From the NCBI RefSeq assembly GCF_000143415.4, contig NW_003314285.1, positions 1,499,471 to 1,563,470 on the forward strand: a stretch of 64,000 nt of DNA. Reading direction: 5' to 3'. Of the stretch, positions 50,771 through 64,000 are shown one piece after another. The position numbers and the translations under genes are program-made. The notes below the pieces were generated by a model, which had not been told where the DNA came from, did no database searches, and saw only the letters and a program-made list of their open reading frames with translations. Each line of letters opens with the position of its first letter. The first letter of the stretch is position 1. The stretch comes from Selaginella moellendorffii (taxonomy: Eukaryota > Plantae > Lycopodiophyta).

Positions 50771-52910
50771 CCTTCCGCCTGGATTCTTCCTCTCCTTTCA
50801 ATGTGCTTCCAATGCGCGCGATCCTTCCAATCCTACACCCACACAACAATGTAGCTTCCTCTTCTCCTTGGTCTACCCGGATCCATCGCGGCCTCGCCCT
50901 TCCACCGATCGATCCCTAAAAACAGAAGAGCTTTCTCCTCGCGGAGGAGCTCTTCGCTGCCAAATCCATGAATGCGCGGTTGAGCGCCAGCATTCTAACA
51001 CGAGATTCCAAACAAATGCAGTCGGTGGAATCGATTGATTGCGAGCTGAGCTTCCTCTTCTTACAGATTCCTTGCCAGGATCTTAACGAAAGGAAGAAAG
51101 AGAAATTTTTTCTCTTCTTCTTGCCGTGTCTCCTCTCTCTCACCTCTCGCTTCTTAAACACCCTAAAAAACCAGCGTCCAACGTGGCACTAGTCTTTGTT
51201 GGCAGTGCATGCCAGGTGCGCTTTTCTCACTGGCCCTGTGGCGCGCGACGTTGCCACGTTGTTGCGTCTCGAACGTCTCTACCCGTTGATTTAAGCAGGC
51301 GTTTTCATCCGCGGTGAAAAGTGGAAAAGAAAATGTGGAAAGTTACCGCGGCACCGACAGCTTTGCACTGTACGGTATTGGTACGTTTGGATCACGTTTG
51401 GAGTGAGAAACGATGATTCTTTTTCTTTGGAAGATTCATAACTGAGCTTCTGGATCCAATTCTTTGCAGCGTTTTGGAAGTGGGAAATTTTTGCAGCGGT
51501 GACGCGTCGATCCAAAGTCTTCACATGGAACGCACGCATCAGATCCGTTTCTTAGGCCAGTTTTCTTTGACTGCCAAGTAAAAAGGGAGAAAAAAAAAGA
51601 CTAAAGGAAGAAAGAAACAACAATCTTCACTTTAATGCCCTCCACTCCACCGCAGCAGCAAAATACTGGCGCTCCTTTTGGATTGTTTTTCTTAGAGCCT
51701 AGAGACTCTACCTTTGGAAAAGTCTTGAGTTTTTCGGTGTTATCACCAATCTTACATGAGACATGAGACTTGTCAAAGACGCGCTGGAGACGGAAGCAAA
51801 GCTCACCGACGCCATTGTGGCCACGATTTCTCGGAATTTCGAATGACAGCTTCAACTTCACGGCTGTAATGCATAAGATGAGAAAAACGATTCGCTTTCG
51901 TCGTTTACATACGTAGAGCTACGTAGAGTTCGAAAGAATCAAGAAGAAGTAAACCGCAAGCGTCGGCAAAGACACGGGCTATACGCGCAAAATGCCTCAC
52001 AGCTTTGTGCACCAAACGCTGAAAAAAAGAAGCAGCAGCTTTTGTCTTTTCACAAACTTACCATGCAACCACCGCTGGTTTTCAGGCACTTTGAACTCAA
52101 GGAACACCTTCAAAACAGACTAGAGAGACATTTGAAGACAGAAAAGGTGGCCTGAGAAATCTACAGTCTTTTTGCTGTCTCCTCCGAACATGTTTGCAAG
52201 AAACCTGATGAAAGCAAATGGAGAGCACAAGGCCAAAGCGAGTTGTTGCCAAAGAAAAGAGGCCTCGGAGAAAAGCTAGACACAGTCAACCACCGCAAAT
52301 TGCATTGAACGCCCTCCTCCATTCTAATAAAAAAGCGACACTTTCTGTGTCACGCATGTATGGGCCTAAATATTCTGTCTCTAGATCTTGAATTTCCATG
52401 CATGTGGCATTCAACAGCAAGCCTCTTTACAAGTTTTCTCCAGCAATCCAAAGGTGACAAACAGCATGGAATCTTAGGATAAGATAGTGAAGTTCAGAAG
52501 CCCTGCAGGAGTAGACAAACTATAGGCAACAGATCACTGCAGGTTTGTAGTTTTTGGAAAACGTATCAAAGATTCAATCCTCCTGGTTCTCACATGTTCC
52601 TCTTCTTTGTTTAAACGACCTTTGATCACATGAAAACGAAAGATTTGGTATCAGATGTATCAGATATCACAATTGCAAGAACATTGGTGGGCGCTTCCAC
52701 CTTCCAGCATTTTGCTATTCCATGAAAATTTCACACCCGCCTGAAATGGAATAGCCTTTTTCTTGCCTGTATGTTTGTAGCTCAGGTAACCATGACCTGT
52801 TGCACTCTTACACAAGCCACAAGTTAGAACCACAAGTTAGATTCAAAGCCTCGTCACCTCAATCGCCACTCGCATTCACACGTAGCCGCTTTCGAAACGC
52901 ACAAATTCAT

Positions 52911-54596
52911 TCAGAGATTCGCCTCCAGGAACGCACCATGTTCTTGCTGTTTTAGCGTGTCTGCCACATGAGAAACAACGCCCGCTCCCTCGTAATGCAA
53001 CCATTCCTGCTTAACCTGTCCAAGATCACATCATAAGGCATAAACTACGCACAGACTTGGCTGCTTACATGGATGTTGTTGTGCGCGAAAAACGGCCATA
53101 TCGCAGAATGGAAGCTCACGTCAACCTTCTGCCAGCTGACTTGTTGCAAGCCTCTTACCATCTCCTCTGTTCTTTCCGATTACCAAAACAGAGTCAGTAG
53201 ATAAAAAAGACAGAGAAGTCGGGGTCACCTTCAAGTATGTCGTGGTATTCCTTAGCTTCTATGCTGCTCGGCTGTTTCTGTGCCGCTTCTTTCGCTCCGG
53301 CGGTGTTGTCCTCGAAAGAAGGCCCGTCACTCTGAATTGCTGGACAATACCTGACGTTCACCACGTGTTTGTATCCTTCGAGCGATTTGCGAGGAGGCTG
53401 ATAAAAAAGAAGAACATCAAGTTAAAGTCGTAGATGCGCCCTTGAGCCCTGACGCTTGTCTATAGATTAGTTCTTAAGCTCAAAACCACTGACCCGATTA
53501 GCATCACCTTCGAGAGCTCCGACTCCCTTCGAATGGAGGAGGTACGCCAGCCAACCATGTCTATAGCGTCATTGTCAAGGCTTTGATTGTCATATCACCG
53601 TCATGAACGACGAAAGGATACGGTCGTAGCTGACATTGGCATAAACAGCTCGTAGCTTGAAGGCTCTCAATGCAGATCTGAAAGAAGCAAAAGAGGAAAA
53701 GTTAGGACAGACAGACGTGCTCCAGCACGTAGACAATATCTCACATAAATTGTCCTTGTTCACAGTCCGTTGCCATTCGCAGGAGCAAAGGCGGATCACT
53801 GGCCTTGCCATCAGTTAAGAAAAGCTGACGTCCTGTCCTACCTACAATAAAAGGAGCGATTGGAGCGGCAATCTTCTCCAATACAGGAACACCCATAAGA
53901 AATGGCAGCTGCAAAATGACAAGGTTTGAGAAACAAAGTAAAGAACGAAGCTCAAGGCGACGAACCTGTTGCCGTCCTCGTACACCCAAATGTGGTGTGG
54001 CGAGCGTGATGAAACTAACCGGATCAAGTCCTGTTATTGACGGGTTCATCAACTTCTTCGAAGGCTGCAACGGCAAGTAAAGAATCCCAATTGCATAGCG
54101 AGCGAAAAGTCCCCCAAGTGAATGCGCTACAAACGATATTCTTTGGAGTTGAGGATGTTTTTGGACAACTTCCGAGACCTGCGTAGTCGATGTGAAGTTA
54201 AAAATCCAGGAGATGGTGTGAGTGATAAACAATCAGACCTCATCGGCCAATCGCTTCCCGGCCATATCGATTCCAGTCAGAGTTTGCAGGTATGAATTTA
54301 CCGAGCTCGCTGGAAAACGATAGTCTTCAGGGACAAAAGAAAACTAAAACTTTACCATGAATATAGAACTTGCTTCCAAGCCGAGCTTTCAACTCTTGCT
54401 TGAAGTACTTCCAATCGCTTGGGCTGCGGTGAACAGAAAAAGAAGAGTGATAAGAACAAGCACAGTAGAATTCATAAGAAAGGGGCTAGTACCTCGAAAG
54501 AATTCCGTGTACAAGCACCAGGAGATGGTCTGGACACTCCCGAGCTTGATTCGTTTCTTTGCTGGTGCTTGCGCTTCCGATCGCGCAGCTCTTCAT
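52911..54596 (-). CDS. DUF676 putative serine esterase/lipase (ROG1-like), multi-exon
   Basis: PDHLLVLVHGILS; ISFVAHSLGGLFARYAIG; FITLATPHLGVRG; YANVSYD; VSWQKVDVSFH; AHNNIH|VKQEWLHYEGAGV...EANL*. Confidence 0.9.
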
Positions 54597-57090
54597 TTTC
54601 GAGCGCGATCGAGAGGTGTGAGAGCTGTGGAAGAAATAACACGACAGCGATCATTGATTAAAGCGAAAATTCCAAGAATGGAATGAATCCAAGGTGGAGA
54701 AAACAATGAATGCGTGCAGCATTAAAAAACCTTGGCAAGATCGCGATAAGAACATCCTTTACAACCCTAGATCTCTAGCAAGAAGAATACCTAGAGATCG
54801 AACAAAGGCTGGAGCGCCAGCAGGCGGCGCGCGATCCGGGAGCGCAAGCGGCGACGATCCGATTGGCCGGCGGCGGCGCCAATGCGTAGGCGCTGGAAGC
54901 GGGAGAAATTTCCAAACCGAGGCCATACATCGTGACGTGGCACTAGCCGAATGGACCACGCAACCAGTTACGTGGCATGCCATGTCCGCACAAATAATGT
55001 TCACAAACACATTATAATTTTAATAAAACTTAATAATATAAACAAAATTTCTTCAACAAAGTGATGTTAATCAAGTTGAACACTTGTAGTGTCCCACTTG
55101 ACTAACATCACTCAAAATGATACTTAATAATTGATTTATTAAATTCATAACATTGTGGATGCTGTAGCTATTAATATTATTTATCTAATGTGTGAAATGA
55201 CTAAAAATAATGTTGTAATTATTATTTTTTTTTCTAACAGTTTGATCAGATTTTACTTCTAAAATTTAATTATGACAAATTTCATATTACTATTTTTAAA
55301 TGGAAATTTAAAGCTCAAAAGTTGTGTATATTAAACATTATGTGGATTGGCTATTCAAAAATAGTTTGAAATTCTTTATGTATAAAGTAGAATCATAAAT
55401 TATTAGATTATATCAAATCCCAAATATATTTTCAATGTAATTTATAAAGCTATTAAGTAATTTATTGAGTTTTTCACCTCTTTATTTCACTTATTTAATT
55501 TAATTATTTTGAATATATGAATATAACAATAAAGCTATAAAAGCCTAATACATAGGATTTATATTCAATGAACATGAAAATAGAAGCTAAGTAAAATTTA
55601 TTAATATAAAATAGGAATTTCCTAGATTTTCTAAAAATAAAAAATATTAAATTTTTTAATTTAATACTAATATCAAGTAATCAATAACTAAATGCAAATA
55701 AATCTAATATTTAAATTAGATATAGTGAGTGTATGGAATATAGAAAAAGAATACAAAAAATGTGCATATCAATTAGCCCAGAAACTTAGCTTATATACTA
55801 GAACAAGCAATCCAGATTAAAACCAATTTGATAGCTACCAAAATCCTACTACACTAATATTAATATACAGTATTGCAGTTATACAATTGGACCTCACATT
55901 ATACTTTCTCCTTGGAATAATGGAAAACTATCAAAGTTCCCTCATAAATGGGCCAGAATTTGAAGGAATATTAGAACGAAGCATGAGTGGATTTGTAAGT
56001 GGTATCAATTGTTCCTAATCCCTTTGTACAAAGCATTTCAACTGTTCCACATGCACAATTTTTGGACTTGCCGCAACACCTAATACAGTACTTTCCACTA
56101 AGCAAAAAGCCCCTTAGATAAACTACGTACTATAAGATAGGGAAAATGGACTAGTACCAAATCATCCACTTTATACTCCGTAGGTGGACGATGATGGGAC
56201 TTGTAATGTTGTTGCTATGCCACTTGTATATGGCCTAAGTGTTTAGTAGACTCTGCTCGGATAAGTGAAAGAATACTCATCAAATACTGATCCCACGACT
56301 TAGTACTGGTAGCTCATGGCAATTGCAAAAATAAACCCAACTCCATTAGTAATCTTGGATCATGGCCATATAGCAATTTATATGGTGAAACACCAATAGA
56401 ACTTTGCACCTTTGTGACATATGCAAACTGCAGAGATGGCAAATAACCATCCCAATCTGAATGCTAAAAATTCACGTACTTCGTGATCATCCCTTTGAAT
56501 GTCCAAATGAACCGTTCCACCAAACCATTTAACTGTGGATGATAAAAACTCATGAAAGTGTGGTGTATCCCCAACTGAAATGTCAAAATATGAAATGCCT
56601 CAGCTATAAATGCGGGACCATTATCCGATATAATCCGCTTTAGACAAAAATATAGGAACACCACTTGATTGAGGAGGAAGTATCCAACAATAATTGCAAA
56701 GGCATTAGCAAGAGTATGAACTTCGACCCAATAAGTCATTAATAACATACTCATTGTCAATAGTCGATTGTGGAGATTAAACGCCACCAACTCAAACAAC
56801 GGGAAATTGCAATTGACTCGAACCATTCTTCCGCAGCATGAGAGGGAATATTATGAGCTTGGCACCAAATGCAGTTACACACATATTAGATAACATTACG
56901 TCACATCTTCGGCCAATAGAAATATTTGTGTAGCTTCTCAGTCATACGATGATATCCCATATACCCACCTAAAACAAAAGAATCATGGTAGGTATGAAGA
57001 AATTGTGGAATAAACATTGGAGGCACCACTAGCTATAAATGACCATCAATATCCATCCCCATAAAATAAAGAAGGTTGTCTTCAAGTCAC

Positions 57091-58906
57091 AAAACAACTG
57101 AGATATTGCACCTTGCCCAAAAAGTGCTACATATTTGTGAGACATAAATCCTTAGGCCCCAAAGTGGAGCCAAAAAGGTGCCATGTGGTAGTGGCTGAAG
57201 CAAAAGCCAAATGAGTGTAACACATTTGGACTAAAATCTCCAACTTAGATAGTTGAGAGTGGGAGTAGAACTCCCAACGAAATGCTCACAAAACAAGTAT
57301 GAAACAAGTGATAAGTGAGTCTCTATAAAAAGGACACAAGAGGACTAACACATGACACGTGGAAGTGTCAAGATGGAGTCTGAGAAGAAGTCTGAAATAA
57401 ACTCAAGGAGTCTAAGATAGAGCCTAAGATGGACCGAGAAGGAGTCCGAGATGGACCTGAGATGAAGTCCGAGATGAAGCCTAAGATAGAGTCCAAGATG
57501 GAGTCCAAAACGGATTCTGAGATGGACCCAAAATGGAGTCCAAGATGGACCAAGATGGAATCCGAGATAGAGTCCAAGATAGAGTCCGAGATGGACTCCA
57601 GATAGAGTCTAAGATGGATCTGAGATGGAGTCCGAGATGGACTTGAGATGGAGTCCGAGATGGACTTGAGATGGAGTCCGAGATGGAGTCCAAGGAGGAC
57701 CCGAGATGGAGTTCGAGGTCAAGATTGAGACCGAGACCAAGACCGAGACCAAGATCAAGACCGAGACCGAGACCGAGACCGAGACTGGGACCAAGTCTGA
57801 GCTCGAGCTCGAGCCTGAGCCCGAGTCCGAGCTCGAGTCCGAGTCCGAGTCCGAGTCTGAGCCCGAGTCCGAGTCTGAGTCCGAGCCCTACCCCAAGCCT
57901 AAGTCCGAGTCCAAGTCCAAGTCCGAGGCCGAGGGGTGAAAGCCCAAAGTGTTCGTCTCCTAGACCCTGAGCGGTTTAGTGAGCTCCAAAAGTATACTAG
58001 GGGGAGGACTCTAGTGAAGCCAGTTTGGCCAAGAAAGGCTAGTGTGACTAAAGAATGTTATATCCATGTGGTGGGTGATGATAAAACCATTAAAGAGTCC
58101 AAAGCTAGAGTGAATATAGATAGACAAGTGGGGTAACTTGGTGAAGTGTCCAAGAGCCAGCTCTAGCTCCCTCAGGAGATCGATTAGTCAATGCTCCCAA
58201 ATGTGGGTGGCACTACCTACTTGGATACCTGGCATGGCTCATTGAAACCTTGCTCTAGCCATATGGCTAGGGCACTTAAATGCAGAAGGTAAAGAGAGTA
58301 TTTATGAGGTTCGCATAAGGCCATGGTGTTTCAAAATGCTGTCCCAAAGTCCCAGACTGTGGAAAAAAAAGAGAAGCAGTCCTCTAGTGTAGCGACCAAA
58401 GATACGCTTAGATGATGAGGAAGTCCCAAAGGATAGTGGGACTTAGTGGTCGGGTTTGTGGGCCTTGACTCAGTGGCAATGTTGATGAACACGGCTATGG
58501 ACACAAAGGGACTTGGTGGGGACTGAAAAAAGGATATTAGGGATGGCTATTCCCTATGTCTGTGGGCATCCTAAGGAAGTTAAAGAGTGGATTTGGTGAT
58601 CACTCGTGGATAAATGCCCTAGTCTTTGAGAGACAGGACTGTGATGCAGATGGTGTTGGATCACCGATGTGACAAAAGTGAATGGGCATAGCCTTAGCTT
58701 AACGGGTTGATATGTTGGTCATAGGTGTCAGTCATGGGATTAGACATGTGGAGTATTTGGACCAAGTGTAATGGTTGAGTGGTATGGATATCATTCTTGG
58801 GGCTAGCAAGTCCCCAAATCCTAAATAAGATTTATGGAGGTTGTGAGTGAAACTCCTCCAAGTGGTTAGAGATGTGGTTAAGTGATTAATGTAGAATGGA
58901 AAATTT
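57091..58906. mobile_element. Unrelated ~1.8 kb insert nested in the Gypsy element, probably an LTR-derived fragment
   Basis: Replaces the Gypsy RNase H region. AGTCAC on both sides (57085-57090, 58907-58912). Contains GGGGTGAAAGCCCAAAG...CCAAAAGTATA, also seen in the 1.1 kb LTR family. Confidence 0.5.
57370..57932 (+). repeat. Compound tandem array: GAGATGGAGTCC-type 11/12-mers, then CCGAGA and CCGAGT hexamers
   Basis: Directly visible periodic sequence. Confidence 0.9.
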
Positions 58907-61900
58907 AGTCACTTATAATATCATTTACACACTTCGGAATAAGGAACTTTAGAACAGCCACAAGTTTGTCAGGATCAATTTGCAAACCCTCATGAGAAAT
59001 ATGGTACCCAAGATAAATTATATCCTTGGACCTAAACACGCACTTCAACCACTTCAACCTTAAACCAACTTTCCATATTTGATTCAACACTTTACAAACA
59101 TCACAGACGTGTTCCTCCTAGGTCCCCTTCAAGTGGATTAAGACATCATCAATGAAGTCAACAATCATCTCTAGCATATTGCAAAAAACTTTGTCCATCA
59201 TCTATTAGAAAGTCACTAGAGCATTGTTTAAACCAAACGGCATCACCAAAACCTCGTACAAACCAAATGATGTACGAAAAGTAGTCTTAGGAATATCTTT
59301 TTTGGTCATTGGTATTTGCCAGTACCCAGAAGCAAAATTTAGTTTGGTGAACCAACAACTTCTCCCCAAACGATCCAAGAGATCAGTAGTGTGAGGAAGA
59401 GGGTACATATCCAGGATTGTTACTTTGTTTAACAAACGATAATCAATGTAGAAAAGAATACTCCTATCAGGCTTCATCACAAAATGATGTTCACATACCT
59501 AAGGACTCCATGACTTTCGAATAACACCCTTTCCACCATCTTCTTAATATTCACAAGTAAAATTTTGATCTCTTTGGGTGACTAATGATGAGTAGGAACT
59601 TTGGTTGGACAAGCATCCCTAGTTGTAATCGGATGACGTATGGCAATCTTGGTTCTAGATGATAGGTCAAATTCAAAGAGATCGATATAATCCTTCATGA
59701 GCTAATCAACCGCTACAACACAAAGACCGTCAAAGGGATTGGAAAAGGGAAGAGCGGAACAAGACAGAAACATAGGAAGAAGTAATGGGGAGATAAAAAT
59801 AATGGAAGCAGAGGTAAAAGCAAAGGGATGAAAAGGTACAAAAGTAAAAGGAATGAATAAAATATAAAGAAGTATGAAACAAGAGGGAGAAGCCTGAAAG
59901 TCATATTTGGCATGATTGTGTTGCAACAATCTATACTAAAGATGAGGTCAAAAGCTTGACTCAACACCACCCACAATGACTATAATCCAAACTCAAGATC
60001 ACCCACACGCACAACTAGGTCCGCCTCATCACGTGCACATGCATGTGTATAGCTGTTGCTATAAAGATTGAAAACTGACTCTACCATATAATGCAAATAT
60101 AGACGACAACGTGTAGCAATAAGTCAAGCAATAGAAAATAAACTTGAACCTATATCAACCAATACATAGAGAATAATAGGAGACCTCTTGTTATAAAAAT
60201 GAGCTTAGAAAGTAAACATTGGATGAATTGATGTCGAGTAAACCCTTTCATGATACTCCTGAAAGAAAGATAGAGGGGTCATTAACTGATTCGCACAAGG
60301 TCCTTTTGTTACTCATATGACTCCTTGTTTCCCAGATGCATCTCAATATCCAGACCTTCCATTGTAGCAACACCAATAGGACGTTGTTGACACAAAAGTC
60401 TCCACCCAGGAAATGGAGGCCGCCAATCCAAAAAACACCGACAACACCGATAAATGTGATCAATTTCATCACACGCCCAGTAGTGAACATCATGGCCATA
60501 ACCACATCCTCGCCTTTGTCCTTGAACTCGAGGAATAATAGCATCAACCTCCATTGGAATAGGACCATCTCCCACAAGAAGTGGAGTTGAAGAACGTGTG
60601 ATGAGAAATAGAAGAGATGATGTCTTATAATGTTGTGCCAAGTGAAGGGTATTGTTAAGAGTAGTGGGAGTAAGTGCATACACAAGTTCTATAAGATCTT
60701 GACGAAATGTTGGTTACAACATTCCTAATTTGATCCGCTCTGACATATTTAGCTCTGCATGAAGCAAAAGGCTTTAGAAACGAACACTAAATTGCATCAC
60801 CAACTCAAATGCCCTTTGATGAAGATGATGCATATATTGGAAAGCATCATTATAATTGTTGGTATGTCTAACTGCACATTTGAAGATGTCTGGGAGAATA
60901 CTCCAATTGCCATGAGTGTCTACCCTCAAACCATTATACCATTACAGTGTCGTCTCTTGGAGACATGTGGGAAACTTAAGCAAATGTCAAGCGTCATCCC
61001 AAGAATGATATGTGGTAATCACCATGAAGTGATTAAACTAATGGTACACATCATCCTCAAGATTTCTACGAAAGAACTCCAGTGGAATGCACTAAGAGCA
61101 GAAAGAGCTATACCACATATTGTGAATATCACCATTAATTGAGTTTGGTTATTCAATTACAATTGCATAACATTGAATAATTGCACCAACTATTGCTCTA
61201 GAGTCAAAAGAAGAAGAGACTATTGCTTTGTTATGAAAATGAATAAAAAAGAAAGAGCAAAAGAAAAGAAATGAAAAAAGCTAGAAGGAAAGGGAAATTT
61301 AAACATTGCAAAAGCTAGATTTAAACCAAAATCTTGAAAGGAAAAAAAAAAAGAAAGGAAATTGAAAAAATTAGATTTAGACAATGCAAAAGTTAGATTT
61401 AAATTAAACTCCCAAATCCAAACACTCCTAACGGATAGTTAAAATTCCACCAAGAAAATATGTATATCAATTAGCTTAAAAACCCTTGCTTATATACAAG
61501 AGTAAAGGGTCAAGATTGAAACCAATCTGACAGTTGCTAAAATCCCACTACGTTAATATTAGTATACAACATTATACCTATACATTTGGACCTCACAATA
61601 TATGTTTATATTTATGATTTTTGAGATTAATATTATTTGAATAGAATGGAAAAAGAAAAGCATAAGATAAAATGCTTGATACAATGAAAGATAAGCAAAA
61701 GTGCAATACATTACTAGTAAAATTTCAGAGTGTTAACATACATCTTAGTACCATTTGACCGAATTGTTTTTTATCCAAATGCACAAAAACTGGAATTAAT
61801 TACACTGTCTTTAAGTAGTATAATCAATTGATATTATCAGAAGCCATGAGTTACGAGCTTTTGAGAAGTCAACACTCCAAAAGCTTGCTTTAGACTTGAT

Positions 61901-61972
61901 CCGTGGAATCTGGAAGGGCGAACGGTCCATCTGGTAGGTCTCATCTGGATTCGATGTTTGTACAAGCAAAGG

Positions 61973-63937
61973 TCATTCCTCGTTCTCAGTAGAGACATAC
62001 ATGTTGGAAACCACTAAATACGCTGCGCAGTTCCCCGGATCGAGATCAAGCAGCATCTTTGCCGCTCGTTCCCCTCTCACGAGATCCCCCAAAACTTTGG
62101 AGGCCGAGAGATAGCTCATCCAAACCACAGCCCCCGGATGGAAGGGCATGAACTCCAGCATCTCCTCCACGGATCCTATCCTCCCGGCTCGCCCGAGGCT
62201 ATCGACGAGACAATCGTAGTGATCGCTCAGTGGATGGATCCCAAAATCGTTGCCCATTGACACGAACTTCTCGCGGGCTGTCTTGAGCAGGCCGGAGTGG
62301 CTGCAAGCCGCGAGAACGCTGAGGAGCGTGACCGAATTGGGAAGAACACCGTCGAGGATCATGGCGTGGAAGATCTCGAGCGCTTCCTCGCCCCAGCCAT
62401 GGTGAGCAAATGCCGACACCATCGCTGTCCAGGAGATCACGTCTCTCCTCGCAGCCATGGAGAAAGCTTGCTTCGCCTCTTTGAGATTTCCACAGCGGCC
62501 ATAGAAGCTGACGAGCGCGGAGCCTACGACGCTGGACGATCGATCAAAGCCCATCGCCTTAGCTCGAGAATGGATCTCTCTTCCTCGCTTCCACTCCGAC
62601 ACCATTGCGCATGCTTCCAGTGCCGCCGCGATCGCCATCTCGTTGATTCGATGGCCTTCTTTCTCCTCCACGGAGAGCTCGTCAAACAGATCGATGGATT
62701 CTCTGGGAAAACCGTGCTGGGCATACGCTTGGATCATTGTCGACCACGACACATCCGTCCTCTTGCTCCTCTCGATCGAATCGAAAACCTCTCTCGCGCG
62801 ATCCAGATCGCCACTCTCGCTATACAGCCTCACGATCGCGGTGGCCACCACAACGTGGTGCTGGAAACCTCGCTCAAAAACGAGCTCGATCACTTCCCGG
62901 CCCCAATCGAGGTCTCTCTCTCTCGCACACGCGTCAAGAACACTAATGCAAGTGATCTCATCCGGCGCGATGCCCTCGAGATCCATCTCGCCAAACAGCC
63001 GGATGCTGGATCGTCCATGCCCCCAATGGGCATTTGCAGTGATCATCGCGGTCCACGACACCACAGTCCCAGGAAGAAACTTTTGGAACAACCGCAAGGC
63101 TTGATCGAATCTACCGCACTTCGCGTACATGTTTACAAGGCTGTTGGCGATCGTCTCCTCGGATTCTAACCCCGACTCGATGATCCTGAAGTGGATCTCT
63201 CGCCCCAGGTTGCTGGATTGCTCGGTCTCGATCGAGCAAGCGTCCAGCGCTGCGAGGAAAGTCACCCTGTTGGGCTTGACGCCCTCGGGATCCATCGCGC
63301 AAAACATCCCAAGCGCCTCCTTGGAATGCCCATTCTGGGCATATGCAGTGATGATCGAGTTCCACGAGATCACGCTCTTGTTTTCGATCCGATCGAATGC
63401 CTGCCGCGCGTGGATCACGCTCCGGCACCGCCCATACATGCCCACGATCGCATTCCCCACGATCGTCTGGGCCGCAAACTCGGTGGCGGCGATCCGGGCG
63501 TGGAGGGCCTTGGCGCGCGAGAGATCCCCCAGCTCGGAGCACGCGCCCGCGAGCGTCACAAACGTCACGTTGGACGCCTCGATCGAGTGGCGATCCATCT
63601 CCTGGAATAGATCCAGCGCCTGCGCGCCGCGCCGGTTGTGGACGAGCGCGCCCAGCATGATGTTCCAGGAGAAGAGGTTCTTGCGCTGGATGCCATGGAA
63701 CGCGAGGAGCGCGTCATCCACGCTGCCGCATTTGCCATACATCTCCACCAAGAGGTTCCCAAGATACCTCTCGCCGCCATAGCCACAGCTGTGAGCTTTG
63801 ATCTGTGCGTGGATCCGGCGCCCCTCGTCGAGATCCCCGGCGGCAGCGCAGCGGCGGATGAGATTCGCGAAGCCCTCGTTGTCGATTCGCGGCGATCCAA
63901 TCTTGTCCAAGGCCAAGCTAGAAGATCTTCTGTGCAT
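61973..63937 (-). CDS. PLS-class pentatricopeptide repeat protein with C-terminal E-type extension (no DYW), intronless
   Basis: Repeated GNLLVEMYGKCGS/SWNxxI/PNxVTF motifs; ends HYDCLVDSLGRAG...MPFHPGAVVWMSYLSA...AYLVVSNMY. Confidence 0.93.
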   Translation of the reverse strand: MHRRSSSLALDKIGSPRIDNEGFANLIRRCAAAGDLDEGRRIHAQIKAHSCGYGGERYLGNLLVEMYGKCGSVDDALLAFHGIQRKNLFSWNIMLGALVHNRRGAQALDLFQEMDRHSIEASNVTFVTLAGACSELGDLSRAKALHARIAATEFAAQTIVGNAIVGMYGRCRSVIHARQAFDRIENKSVISWNSIITAYAQNGHSKEALGMFCAMDPEGVKPNRVTFLAALDACSIETEQSSNLGREIHFRIIESGLESEETIANSLVNMYAKCGRFDQALRLFQKFLPGTVVSWTAMITANAHWGHGRSSIRLFGEMDLEGIAPDEITCISVLDACARERDLDWGREVIELVFERGFQHHVVVATAIVRLYSESGDLDRAREVFDSIERSKRTDVSWSTMIQAYAQHGFPRESIDLFDELSVEEKEGHRINEMAIAAALEACAMVSEWKRGREIHSRAKAMGFDRSSSVVGSALVSFYGRCGNLKEAKQAFSMAARRDVISWTAMVSAFAHHGWGEEALEIFHAMILDGVLPNSVTLLSVLAACSHSGLLKTAREKFVSMGNDFGIHPLSDHYDCLVDSLGRAGRIGSVEEMLEFMPFHPGAVVWMSYLSASKVLGDLVRGERAAKMLLDLDPGNCAAYLVVSNMYVSTENEE

Positions 63938-64000
63938 CAAACGCGTTTTATCTTCTTTAGATATTATGGTGGGTGGTGGTCAATCCAAAAATCCATACTA

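Larger units (their letters stand above)
55725..61597 (-). mobile_element. Near full-length decayed Ty3/Gypsy element with ~150-175 bp LTRs (3' LTR 55725-55898; 5' LTR ~61453-61597)
   Basis: RT YRLLNKVT...YPLP...ASGYWQI...VMPFGL; integrase IISDNGPAF...YHPQLNGLVERF. A PBS-like TGGTGG follows the 5' LTR and a PPT-like tract precedes the 3' LTR. Possible ATATA TSD (55720-55724/61598-61602). Same family as 16091-18531. Confidence 0.85.

Noticed and set aside
57370-57932. CRISPR-like array
   Set aside because: No unique spacers, no cas genes, and a eukaryotic context.
57368-57970. ORFs rich in SP/ET/RP dipeptides (extensin- or SR-like)
   Set aside because: They are translations of a tandem DNA repeat open in several frames on both strands inside a TE.

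Overview
Eukaryotic plant genomic DNA, most consistent with a lycophyte (Selaginella-like): very short 50-60 bp introns, tightly packed genes and a PLS-class PPR gene. The organism call is inference. Layout: (i) 1-30 kb is mostly a decayed, AT-rich transposon graveyard (short-LTR Gypsy remnants, a 1.16 kb duplicated block, two inverted copies of a ~1.1 kb LTR). It holds a small gene island (PIP-family reductase, methylesterase) and a PLATZ pseudogene. (ii) 30.5-54.6 kb is gene-dense: GDP-mannose pyrophosphorylase, DUS2-like, AG-peptide, Golgi-type methyltransferase, ARF-B, PME, a Fic-domain protein, METTL25-like, a PPO tandem array, GT34 xylosyltransferase and a DUF676 esterase. (iii) 55.7-61.6 kb is a decayed Gypsy element with a nested repeat-rich insert, followed by a PPR gene. 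The stand-out feature is a complete 6.8 kb DNA transposon (9195-15970; GGGTAG...CTACCC TIRs, 5-bp AGCCC TSD) inserted in the PLATZ gene. It carries a Mutator-type DDE transposase (GCM/WRKY-like Cys/His domain, SWIM finger) and, divergently, a spliced gene ending in a prokaryotic-type beta-class N4-cytosine/N6-adenine DNA methyltransferase fold. Both genes of this copy are inactivated, mainly by transition-type stop codons.
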